NCBI GenBank assembly: GCA_965215185.1
Contig: OZ244034.1
Span: forward strand, 2,432,001 to 2,496,000
Direction: 5' to 3'
From: Acidimicrobiia bacterium
GTDB lineage: Bacteria; Actinomycetota; Acidimicrobiia; Spongiisociales; ZC4RG35
Length of the DNA: 64,000 nucleotides
Made by a program: the position numbers and the translations under genes. Below, in pieces: positions 18,291 through 27,233 of the stretch. Numbering within the stretch: the first letter of the stretch is position 1; the number at the start of each line of letters is the position of its first letter. Below the pieces are notes generated by a model. The model was not told where the DNA came from. It saw only the letters and a program-made list of their open reading frames with translations, and made no database searches.

Positions 18291-19614
18291 GTGGTTCCTT
18301 GGGTGCAGACGATCCGGTTGAAAGGGCGTTGTTCCCGTTCGGCGCACCGTCGCCTGGACGACATCTTCCGCGCAGTGTTGCGAGTTGTGTAACGCATGCC
18401 TGGAATCTTGGAAGGGCACATACCGGTGGTGGAGGGAACACCATCCCGATGAGCCTCTTCCCCTAGAACTGAACCAGTCTCACTATGACCGCCTGGTGAT
18501 GTTCACAGATGTGCGCAAGGACCATCCTGAGTGGGACCGTTTGAGCCTTCAAGTGGGTCGCGGAACGTTGCGCCGCTTTGACCGGACTATCCAATCCTTC
18601 TACGAGAGGTGCAAGGACCCTTCCAAGAAGGCCGGGTTTCCCCGTTTCAAGCCGCGTCACCGGTGGAAGTCGGTAGAGATTGTGAACGCTGACCGCGCGA
18701 TGCTTAAGGCTCCGGGAGAGAGGAAGAACCACAGCGAGAAGTGGTGGAGACTGACGGTGAAAGGCGTGCCGCAGATACGGTTCGAGGACAAGCATGACCG
18801 CCTCATTACCGCGTTGGAGAGCGGCCGGTTGGTGGAACTGCGAGTGGTCCGCACTCCTCTGCGAGTCGAGATACACGCGGTTATCAAGCATCCTGACCGC
18901 CCACCGGTGGCAGATCCTGTCAATCCTGTGGGTTTGGACAAGGGCCTCAAATCGCGTCTGGTCACTTCTGATGGAGAGCACCTACCACCCACAACCGTGG
19001 ATCTGCGACAGGTGCTGCGCGTTCAGCGTCTGTTCAGCAGATCCGTCAAAGGCTCACGGTCTCGCATCAAGAAGCGCAAACACTTAGCCAAACAGCACCG
19101 CCGCCTGCGGGAACAGGCCATCCAAGCCGATTTCCGCCTGGCCGACCGCCTGGTCAAGGCCTACGACAGCATAGCTGCCGAGAAGCTCAATGTCGCCCGA
19201 CTACTGAAAACCAAGCTGTTCTCCAAGAAGATGTCACAGCAACGCTGGGGATCCTTCGATCTCATACTGGAATACAAAGCCGCGAAAGCTGGTATCCGGT
19301 ATGCGGGGGTGAACCCCAGCCACACCTCCACCGGCTGTTCTCGATGCGGGCATCACCAGAAGATGCCCCTCAACGTGAGAACCTTCCGGTGCGAACAGTG
19401 TGGACTATCCATATGCAGAGACCACAATGCTGCAATCAACATATGCGCCCGAGACTATCCCACCTGGGATCCTTGGGGTCGGGTGGGACATGACCTCGTG
19501 TTTCCCGACGCGGTGCGCTCTACAAATCTCTGTTGTAAGACATCTTTCGGCTCAGGCCGGAAGATGCTGGCAGACACCGCAGAACAGTATCACCTAGACG
19601 CTCCGTCAACCTAG
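18291..19614 (+). CDS. tnpB: TnpB RNA-guided endonuclease with an apparent +1 frameshift near 18368
   Basis: RuvC-I GLDKG, RuvC-II AAEKL, Zn finger CSRC/CEQC, RuvC-III RDHNAAINI, GFPRFK. The N-terminus MVPWVQTIRLKGRCSRSAHRRLDDIF (GTG 18291) joins AQCCELCNACLESW if one C is removed. Confidence 0.88.
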
Positions 19615-19627
19615 GTATATAAGTCCC
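19458..19627 (+). ncRNA. Putative omegaRNA (reRNA) scaffold overlapping the tnpB 3' end
   Basis: Hairpin TCCCACC..GGTGGGA (19458-19488); GCGGTG (19510-15) pairs with CACCGC (19575-80), enclosing TACAA/TTGTA and the 11-bp stem CATCTTTCGGC-TCAG-GCCGGAAGATG (19541-19566); position typical for TnpB guides. Boundaries approximate. Confidence 0.55.
19605..19627 (-). repeat. Right terminal inverted repeat (contains the tnpB stop codon)
   Basis: GTCAACCTAGGTATATAAGTCCC; TAG at 19612-19614. Confidence 0.95.
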
Positions 19628-19628
19628 T

Positions 19629-20846
19629 TCAAAAGACCTCTTGGCACCAGGGCTGGGGATGCCAATCGAACATCGCATCGGCCAGCGCCCAAGCCGATGG
19701 CGCCCCTCGCAAACGTCCCACCATCCCAAGCCGGCGAAACCGAGACCGACCCAGGAAGCTCGCCCCCAGGTCCTCCATATCGAGAATGAGGTCAGGTTCG
19801 TCGCAGACCAGACGACACGATCCCACCCCTCCCACAACCTCCAGGCGATATCGGGAGGACTCGTCCTCCATTGGATCGAACACCTCGATGACGATTGACC
19901 CGTCAGCCGAGTAGCGCCGAGCGGAAAGGGCGACCGGCACATCCAGGATCCTCACCCACAGGCCGTCACAGAGGGTTTGGGACTCTCGAAAGTTGGAGAA
20001 CAGGTGATGCAGGGCTGTCTCGGCGGGGATGTTCCAAGCCTGAAGACGGCTAATGAGATCCTGGTTCACCAAGAAACTCCACAGACCGGAATAGGCCTCC
20101 GGGGTGAGCGCAATCATCTCTGTCAGCAGAACGGTTATCCCCATGGAAATGCCAACCCATGAACCCTGAGTGCGGTACTGCACATATCCGATGGCTTCGC
20201 CGGCGGAGTCAAGCGCCAAGGCGTAGCGGTAACTGCTGGCGTTTTTCCTGTGCCGGGGGTAGTCACCGAGGACTTCCAGTTCCCACCAGGCCGGCGAGCG
20301 GGCAAACATCCCTGGCACCTCTTGGCGCTTGCGTTCGAATATGGGCGGCAAGGCATCCTTAGCCTCAGTGGAATCGATCAGGACGACCCGCGCCGGCCGG
20401 GGCGCCAGCCGGTGTGGAAGCAGCGGAAAGCTATCGATCACCAATTGGGTAGTAACTCCGGCCGCTCCGTATCCAAACCGGCCATACAACGGAGCCTCCG
20501 ATGCCCACAACACGGCCAGCGCCTCCCCTCTCTGCCGGGCATCGGCCAGCAGGTCGGTCATCATCCGGCGCATCAACCCGCGTCGGCGATGACTGGGGAG
20601 CACCGTTACATTGCTTACGCCGGCGGCCGCCACTTCCCCACCCGGGATGGTCAAGTCGAAGCTGTAAACCCCGGCCGCGCCTACCAGCCGCCCTCCGTCG
20701 AAAGCCCCCCGGTTGCGGTCGAGTTCCAGGAGCCGGCGGTCTCTCTCCTCTTCGACGGGATCGGGATCCTGTCCGAAGACAAGGGCCACCGTCCGGCGCA
20801 ACGCTTCCAACTCCTCGGGAAAAACGCCCCGTATCTCCACATCCAT
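19629..20846 (-). CDS. Eis-like GNAT N-acetyltransferase with C-terminal SCP2 domain
   Basis: VTVLPSHRRRGL, LWASEAPLYGRFGYG, LWVRILDV..LSARRY, C-terminal PWCQEVF. Confidence 0.92.
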   Translation of the reverse strand: MDVEIRGVFPEELEALRRTVALVFGQDPDPVEEERDRRLLELDRNRGAFDGGRLVGAAGVYSFDLTIPGGEVAAAGVSNVTVLPSHRRRGLMRRMMTDLLADARQRGEALAVLWASEAPLYGRFGYGAAGVTTQLVIDSFPLLPHRLAPRPARVVLIDSTEAKDALPPIFERKRQEVPGMFARSPAWWELEVLGDYPRHRKNASSYRYALALDSAGEAIGYVQYRTQGSWVGISMGITVLLTEMIALTPEAYSGLWSFLVNQDLISRLQAWNIPAETALHHLFSNFRESQTLCDGLWVRILDVPVALSARRYSADGSIVIEVFDPMEDESSRYRLEVVGGVGSCRLVCDEPDLILDMEDLGASFLGRSRFRRLGMVGRLRGAPSAWALADAMFDWHPQPWCQEVF

Positions 20847-20859
20847 CGCCCGAGGGCCG

Positions 20860-21504
20860 TCAGGACGAGATGGTGTTCTGGGCTCGCGTCACGGCTGAGA
20901 TGAACGCCGACGCCGCGGAGTCGAAGTCGGCCGCCGCCCCTCGGCGCACCTCTCCTGTGTCGGAGCTGCGCAGTCCCTCCACCACAGTGGTGGCGGCCAC
21001 TGCCGCCCGGGTGGAGGCGGTCAACATGTCCTGGTGGGAGGCGGCAAACACCGAGGGCGCGTTCAACTGGACCACATTGTCCTGCCAAACGATGACATCC
21101 TCCATCACTGCCACCAGCCTCTCCTCGGTTTCCGCAAAGGTGATCGTCTTCTCCTCCCAAGCGGCGTTGACCTCTCTGACTTCCGTTGCCAAAGCGGTGA
21201 ACTGTTCGCCCAGCGCCTCAATGGAGGCCAGGTAGGAGACCACGGCGGGGGGAAGGGTGGTGGTGGTAGGCGTTTCCTCCTCGGCCCCGCCCTCGTCATC
21301 GGGGGCCCCGCCCTCGTCATCGGGGGCATCGGCTTCCTCCGAAGAGTCGTCCTGGGTGGTGGGGGTGGCCGAGGTGGTGACGGGCCGAGGTTCAACCTCG
21401 GCTTTCGGCAGGGTGCGCACGAACATGAAAGTAAAGGCGAACATAGCCAGAATGGCCAGAGGAAGGAGCCAACGGCCCGGCTTGGGATCGGGATTGACCA
21501 CCAT
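20860..21504 (-). CDS. Hypothetical membrane-anchored protein
   Basis: Single N-terminal TM, acidic/Thr-rich linker, helical C-terminal domain. Confidence 0.75.
   Translation of the reverse strand: MVVNPDPKPGRWLLPLAILAMFAFTFMFVRTLPKAEVEPRPVTTSATPTTQDDSSEEADAPDDEGGAPDDEGGAEEETPTTTTLPPAVVSYLASIEALGEQFTALATEVREVNAAWEEKTITFAETEERLVAVMEDVIVWQDNVVQLNAPSVFAASHQDMLTASTRAAVAATTVVEGLRSSDTGEVRRGAAADFDSAASAFISAVTRAQNTISS
21283..21324. repeat. In-frame tandem duplication, 2 x 21 bp (PDDEGGA)
   Basis: GGCCCCGCCCTCGTCATCGGG repeated exactly twice. Confidence 0.9.
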
Positions 21505-21632
21505 CTCCCAAACAGCTTAGTTGGAATCCTTGGTCCACAATGACACCAGGCAAGGTCGCGACACAGTGCCTTCTTTCGCGTTCTGCGGGAAACACCCCTT
21601 GAAATAGGCGCCCGCCCCAACCACACTGCAGA

Positions 21633-22533
21633 ATGAGAGAGCCAAAATCATCTGATCAAGAAGTGTTCGAATCGATCCCTTGGGAACAACTGCGCGACCC
21701 GGGAGACACCTCCCGCCGGCGCCGGATCTGGTATCTGATGGGCGGTGCGGCAGTGGTGGCGGTGCTGCTGTTCAGCATGGTCCGCACCTTCTCGGCGCCC
21801 GATTCCGCAGATCATCGTCCCAACAACCATGCCTCCCACCACGGCCTTCCATGCTCCCACCCTGCCACCCGAAAGCGAAACGCCACTCCTCCTCCCTCCC
21901 CTTCACCCCCAGCCAGGGACCGGATATCCGGTAAACGAGGCTGACCTCATGGCGGGCGAGGACCCTTGGATGGCTGCCAACCAGGCAGAGGTGTGGCAGG
22001 CGGCCTCCTACTCGGAGTGGTTCGTCCTGGAACTCTTCAACCTGGACGGTTCGGGACGTTCCGTGACGCCGGAGAGATGGCTACCCGATATGGTCGCCTC
22101 CGAGACGCCCGATGCCCTCTCTTATGTGGAATGGGCGAAAACTCTGTGGGTCGAGCCGTTGGGCGATGGGCGTTGGCGGGCAGTGGTTGCGCTCCGTCGG
22201 CTGGTTTCCACCGATGGCATCGACTACAGCCGTCTCCCCACTCAAGCAGTGGAGGTGGTGATCGACATGGGGGCAGGGGTCCCCGCCATTGTGGATCTTC
22301 CCCGGTTCGTCCCGTTGCCGGAACCGGCACCCGCCCAGTGGTGGGCCGGAGAGTTGTGGGAAACGCCGCCCGCGGCGGTGACCAGAACCGCCCGGGACGA
22401 ACTGCTGCTCAGTGAAGCGGGAGACATCGTGGGCAACCCGGTGATCAGCAGGACCTCAGACGCGTGGCGGGTGGAATGGGCCGTAGTCGATCCGGTCGGC
22501 ATCACCTGGCCGGTCAGTCTCTGGATCGGGTAG
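21633..22533 (+). pseudogene. Hypothetical membrane-anchored protein split by a +1 frameshift at 21798-21800
   Basis: MREPKSS..TM..RTFSA joins PIPQIIVPTTMPP...SYVEWAKT...WPVSLWIG if one C is removed from GCGCCCG. Confidence 0.65.
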
Positions 22534-22563
22534 GAGAGGACGCCCGTTCCTGCCGGCGGTTAA

Positions 22564-22824
22564 CTACGCCTCCCCGAAGTGCTCCTCCAGAGCCGACACC
22601 ACGGCGGGCTGGATCAAGGCCCAGTCAGCGTCGCCCTCCTTGCTAACCGTGACGAAATCAGCGGTCCAGAACACCGAAGTCACCCCATCGGCGGCCAGAA
22701 TCGCCGCGGCCAGCGGATGGTCGGCATCACCGCCAGCCAGATAGGTGACCGGGCCACCCACCGGGGTGCCCACCTCAAATTTCATGGCGTTTGGGTTGGG
22801 AGTGGGCTGGGAGATTACCGGCAT
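22564..22824 (-). CDS. NifU N-terminal (Nfu_N) domain protein
   Basis: PTPNPNAMKF, GVTSVF..DFVTVSK..DW. Confidence 0.88.
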   Translation of the reverse strand: MPVISQPTPNPNAMKFEVGTPVGGPVTYLAGGDADHPLAAAILAADGVTSVFWTADFVTVSKEGDADWALIQPAVVSALEEHFGEA

Positions 22825-22880
22825 CAGAGAAACAAACCTGTGTAGGGGGAAGGTGGGGGCCGTTGTTATTCTAGCCGAAT

Positions 22881-24326
22881 ATGGCCGCCGCGTTCACCTC
22901 GACCAACACCGGACTCCACCGGGAACTCGTCGGTGTGCTTGGAAAGGACCGTGTGATGGATTCGGCCTTGGAGCGCCATATCTACGGCAAGGATGCCGGT
23001 GTATATCGGGGGAACCCCACAATGGTGGCGATGATCGAGACCACCGAGGAGGCCGCGGCGGTAGTAAAGGCCGCCCGACGGCACGGGGTTCCGGTGGTGG
23101 CCCGGGGGGCAGGTACCGGCCTGTCAGCGGGAGCGGTGCCCGAGGTGGGGGGGGTAGTGCTGGTGACCACCCGCATGAACCGGATAGCAGACATCGATGT
23201 CGAAAACCGCACGGCCTGGGTGGGCCCCGGAGTCATCAATCTGGACTTGTCGCGGGCGACCATACCCTATGGGCTCCATTTCGCGCCCGATCCTTCCTCC
23301 CAGTCGGCCTGCACCGTGGGTGGAAATATCGCCTGCAATTCGGGTGGACCGCACTGTTTGGCGGAAGGCAGCACTGTCAATCACATCCTTGCTCTGGAAT
23401 TCGTCACCGACACTGGAGAGGTTCTGATGGTGGGGGGCCCTGCTCCCGATCCGATCGGGCTGGACCTGCGGGGAATCATGGTTGGATCCGAAGGCACCCT
23501 CGGAATTGTTACCCGGGCCTTGGTGAAGTTGACTCCCAATGCGCCAGATGTGCGAACCATGGCCATCGCCTTCCCCACCATAAAAGACGCTGCCACCACC
23601 GTTTCGGGAATCATCGCGGCGGGGCTGATCCCCGCGGCCCTGGAGATGATGGACCAACTGATGATGCAGGCCATAGAGAACTGGCTGCATGCCGGCCTCC
23701 CCATCGAAGCCGGCGCCCTGCTGCTGGCGGAAGTCACCGGGGTGACCGAAGCGGTGGAAGCCGAGGCGAAGATCGTCTCCCAAATCGCCCATGACAACAA
23801 CGCCCTGTCAGTGCAGATAGCCGCCTCCCCAGCAGAGAGGGACCTGTTGTGGAAGAGCCGCAAATCGGCCTTCGGAGCGGTGGCGCAGACGGCGCCCGAT
23901 TACTACCTGCACGACACGGTGGTGCCCCGCACCCGCCTGGTGGAAGCCATGAGCAAGGTATATGAAATCGGGGAACGGTATCAGATCACCATGATGAACG
24001 TGTTCCACGCCGGAGACGGCAATCTCCATCCCCTGATGGCATTCGACGCTTCCGAACCCGGCCGGCTGGAGCAGGTCAAAGCAGCTGCTGACGAGTTGGT
24101 ACGGATCTGCGTCGAACAAGGCGGAGTGCTCTCTGGTGAACACGGGATCGGCATCGAAAAGCGGCACTTGATGCCCTTGCTTTTCTCGGAGATAGATCTC
24201 GACGCTCAAGCCCGCGTGAAGGAGGTGTTCGATGCCAATGGGATTTTCAACCCCGGCAAAGTTCTTCCCGCGGGATCCCGCTGTTTTGACTTTGGACGGC
24301 CGGTGCCTGAGGGCGCCTGGGTGTGA
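22881..24326 (+). CDS. glcD: GlcD-like FAD-linked oxidase subunit
   Basis: RGAGTGLSAG, PDPSSQ, GSEGTLG, HAGDGNLHP, GEHGIG, NPGK. Confidence 0.9.
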   Translation: MAAAFTSTNTGLHRELVGVLGKDRVMDSALERHIYGKDAGVYRGNPTMVAMIETTEEAAAVVKAARRHGVPVVARGAGTGLSAGAVPEVGGVVLVTTRMNRIADIDVENRTAWVGPGVINLDLSRATIPYGLHFAPDPSSQSACTVGGNIACNSGGPHCLAEGSTVNHILALEFVTDTGEVLMVGGPAPDPIGLDLRGIMVGSEGTLGIVTRALVKLTPNAPDVRTMAIAFPTIKDAATTVSGIIAAGLIPAALEMMDQLMMQAIENWLHAGLPIEAGALLLAEVTGVTEAVEAEAKIVSQIAHDNNALSVQIAASPAERDLLWKSRKSAFGAVAQTAPDYYLHDTVVPRTRLVEAMSKVYEIGERYQITMMNVFHAGDGNLHPLMAFDASEPGRLEQVKAAADELVRICVEQGGVLSGEHGIGIEKRHLMPLLFSEIDLDAQARVKEVFDANGIFNPGKVLPAGSRCFDFGRPVPEGAWV

Positions 24327-25426
24327 AAAACCGCTTCGGCGTCATCCCCCTAGCCGACCCAGAGGACCTACCTCCGGCCGACATCGCTTTGGCGCCCGGA
24401 ACTCTGGAAGAGGCTGCCCAAGCCCTCCGAATAGCCACCGATCACCGGATGAAGGTCCTTATCTGGGGGGCTGGAAACCATCAGGGATACGGCTATCGGG
24501 TGCATCCCGACGTGGTGCTGACCACCGCCTCTCTCAACCGCTTGGAGGTGTGGGAACCTGAAGACTTGACGCTGGTGGCCGAGGCCGGCGTTCGGATAGC
24601 GAAGTTGGAGGAAAGGCTGGCCGAACACCGCCAGACCACCCTCTTGCCTCAACATTCACCGACCGCCACCATCGGCGGTGCGCTGGCCACCGGACTCAGC
24701 AGCTACCGGCGTTTCCGCTATGGGCCCAGCCGGGACCGCCTGCTGGAAAGCAGAGCGATAACCGGTGACGGGCGCATTGTCCGAAGCGGAGGGCGGGTGG
24801 TAAAAAACGTGACCGGATACGACATTCCCCGCCTCATGGTGGGCTCCCTGGGAAGCATGGGCCTGATCGGCTCGGTCTGTTTGAAGCTGATTCCCACCCC
24901 GGCGGCCGCCGTGACCGTGACCGTGGAGGATCCGGCCGCGGCTCTGGCGGCGCTCTACCGTCCTTTGGCGGTACTTACCACGCCCATCGGACATCAGGTG
25001 TTTTTGTGGGGAACCACCGCCGAAGTGGAGGCGCAAGCCGCTCAAGTGGGGAAGGAGGCCACCAGTGGCCACGATTGGCCTCCCCGGCCCACGGGCCTGG
25101 CCACCTGGTCACTGAGGGTTCCCCCCTCCCGCTTGCTGGCGGCTGTGAATCGCCTTCCCCCCACCTGGGACTATGTGGCCCAGCACGGGGTAGGGATTGT
25201 GGAATGCGCGTCCGAGGGTCTGGATCTTGAACTCGCTGAGGACCTCCGGGAATGGGCCGAATCGGTGGGAGGGGCCCTGGTTCTCACCGGCGGCCCAGAG
25301 ACACTCTACGAACGCATAGACCCCTGGGGAACTCCACCGAATGGTCTCGATTACCAACGGAGGCTGGTGGCGGAATTCGATCCCTATCGGGTCCTCAATC
25401 CCGGTCGGCTGCCGGGAGGTATCTAA
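24323..25426 (+). CDS. glcE: GlcE-like FAD-binding subunit
   Basis: EPEDLT, ATIGG, GGRVVKNVTGYD, FDP..LNPGR. Confidence 0.88.
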   Translation: MKNRFGVIPLADPEDLPPADIALAPGTLEEAAQALRIATDHRMKVLIWGAGNHQGYGYRVHPDVVLTTASLNRLEVWEPEDLTLVAEAGVRIAKLEERLAEHRQTTLLPQHSPTATIGGALATGLSSYRRFRYGPSRDRLLESRAITGDGRIVRSGGRVVKNVTGYDIPRLMVGSLGSMGLIGSVCLKLIPTPAAAVTVTVEDPAAALAALYRPLAVLTTPIGHQVFLWGTTAEVEAQAAQVGKEATSGHDWPPRPTGLATWSLRVPPSRLLAAVNRLPPTWDYVAQHGVGIVECASEGLDLELAEDLREWAESVGGALVLTGGPETLYERIDPWGTPPNGLDYQRRLVAEFDPYRVLNPGRLPGGI

Positions 25427-26652
25427 TGGGCTATCAGACACCCTACGCCCCCACCAGATCTGAGCTTTCCAGTTGCATTCAATGCGGTCTGTGTCTCCCC
25501 CATTGCCCGACTTTCCGTATCACCGGTAAGGAGACCGACTCTCCCCGGGGGCGGCTGTCCGCCATGACCGCGGTGCTGGATGGGGTCATCGATATGGATG
25601 ACGTCTTCGAGGAGACCATGTCCTTTTGTTTGGGTTGTCGCGCCTGCGAGCCGGTGTGTCCAAGCATGGTTCCCTACGGAAGAACCCTGGAAGGCGCTCG
25701 GGCGGAGATCTTTGCTCAGAAGGGCGGGGCCGCCCGGCGTTTGAGGGCCTGGATTCTGGAGACGTGGCTGGGGAGTCGGAGGATAATCGGGATGATCACC
25801 TGGGCGACCGCACTGGCGCAACGCACCGGCCTGGCTAGGATCGCGCCTCGACGACTCCGCCGCGGCCTGGAGGGCCTGAGACGCGTCAAATGGATAACGC
25901 CCTCCCTGCTGGGGAAAACCTTCGAGCCCGATCAGGAGCCTCTCGCTACCGTGGGGTTTCTGATCGGTTGCATAATGGGACCTTGGTTCCCAGAGGTTCA
26001 CCAGGCCAGCATTTCATTGCTGGTTCGCGGCGGCTATCGGGTGGTGGTGCCAGCGACCCAAACCTGCTGCGGCGCCCTAGCCGCCCACGACGGCGCCGCC
26101 GACGGAGCCCGTAGGCTGGCGACCCGCAACGCGGCGGCTTTTGGGGAAGTGGACTATGTGGTGGCCGATGCGGCCGGCTGCTCTGCCCACCTCAAGGACT
26201 ACCGGCATTGGGTCCCGGACCGGGACTTGGGACCCCGGTGGCAGGTTAGGGACATCACCGAATTGGTAGCCGAGGCCATCAAAGACAGCCGCCTTCCCCA
26301 ACTGGGGGAGAAACGGGGTACGGTGGCTCTTCAGCACCCCTGTCATCTCCGCAACGCCCAGCGGATAACGGATCAGCCCAAGGCGATCCTGGCCGCCGCT
26401 GGATATGACGCCGTGGATATCGATCCGCAGTGCTGCGGTGCGGCGGGGTTCTACTCGATACTACGTCCGGACACCTCCGCCCGGCTTGGAGAGGACAAGG
26501 TGGCCGATATCCAACGAAGCGGCGCGCAGGTGGTGGCCAGCGCCAACCCCGGCTGCGAAATGCAATTGCGATCCCACCTGGGCGATGGATACCAGGTTCT
26601 TCACCCGGTGGAGTTGTATGAACAAGCGCTGTCGGAACAGGCTGCGACGTGA
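25426..26652 (+). CDS. glcF: GlcF-like Fe-S subunit
   Basis: CIQCGLCLPHCP, CLGCRACEPVCP, two CCG motifs, ANPGC; TAATG overlap. Confidence 0.9.
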   Translation: MGYQTPYAPTRSELSSCIQCGLCLPHCPTFRITGKETDSPRGRLSAMTAVLDGVIDMDDVFEETMSFCLGCRACEPVCPSMVPYGRTLEGARAEIFAQKGGAARRLRAWILETWLGSRRIIGMITWATALAQRTGLARIAPRRLRRGLEGLRRVKWITPSLLGKTFEPDQEPLATVGFLIGCIMGPWFPEVHQASISLLVRGGYRVVVPATQTCCGALAAHDGAADGARRLATRNAAAFGEVDYVVADAAGCSAHLKDYRHWVPDRDLGPRWQVRDITELVAEAIKDSRLPQLGEKRGTVALQHPCHLRNAQRITDQPKAILAAAGYDAVDIDPQCCGAAGFYSILRPDTSARLGEDKVADIQRSGAQVVASANPGCEMQLRSHLGDGYQVLHPVELYEQALSEQAAT

Positions 26653-27227
26653 CCGGTTCCAGCTCCCCGATGGTCAGTTTGGGTGATTGGTATCGCCTGG
26701 CCGCCGGCTCTTTTCGCTCCATGCTCCGGGTGGGCTTCTTGGCCGCCGGGGTGGCGCTCCTGGGCTTGGCATTGGCTTCGCTCCTGTTGGAGTTGGATCT
26801 GGTGGAAGGCGGCCCGGAACTGACTGTCATGGAAGCTATGGGAGCCATCGCCGCGGTGGGAGCAGTGGGAGGGGTGATCCTGGGTTTGGGAGCGGAAGCT
26901 TCCTACGGCGCGGCCGTACTGGAAGCCGAGCAGGATGTCTGGAGGCGGGCGGGCGGCAGAGTGGTGGCCGGGTTGGTTGTATCGACGATTCTGCTGGTCC
27001 TAGGAGCCCTAGTCCCCCTACCTGCAGATCTGCCCATCACCATCGCATACGCTCAGTCCACTCTGCTAGCGGCAGGGGCAGCCGGGCTCATAACCTGTTC
27101 GCTGGTCTCTCCTCTAATCGGGTGGCTTACCCTCCGGGTGGCGCGCTGGAAGCCGCAATGGGATCCCTATCTGCTTTTTGGTGCCTGGATAATTCTGATC
27201 CTGGCGCTGTTTTCTCCCCCAGTCTGA
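26649..27227 (+). CDS. Hypothetical multi-pass membrane protein
   Basis: About 5 hydrophobic helices; GTGA overlap with glcF. Confidence 0.7.
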   Translation: MTGSSSPMVSLGDWYRLAAGSFRSMLRVGFLAAGVALLGLALASLLLELDLVEGGPELTVMEAMGAIAAVGAVGGVILGLGAEASYGAAVLEAEQDVWRRAGGRVVAGLVVSTILLVLGALVPLPADLPITIAYAQSTLLAAGAAGLITCSLVSPLIGWLTLRVARWKPQWDPYLLFGAWIILILALFSPPV

Positions 27228-27233
27228 AGCCAC

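Larger units (their letters stand above)
18222..19627 (+). mobile_element. Non-autonomous TIR-bounded element carrying tnpB (IS1595-like ends)
   Basis: Perfect 23-bp TIRs, 8-bp flanking direct repeat (7/8), only cargo is tnpB, no transposase; inserted between convergent ridA and eis-like genes. Confidence 0.8.

Noticed and set aside
18291-19614. Cas12f/Cas14 or nuclease-dead TldR assignment
   Set aside because: No CRISPR array nearby, and all three RuvC acidic residues are present.
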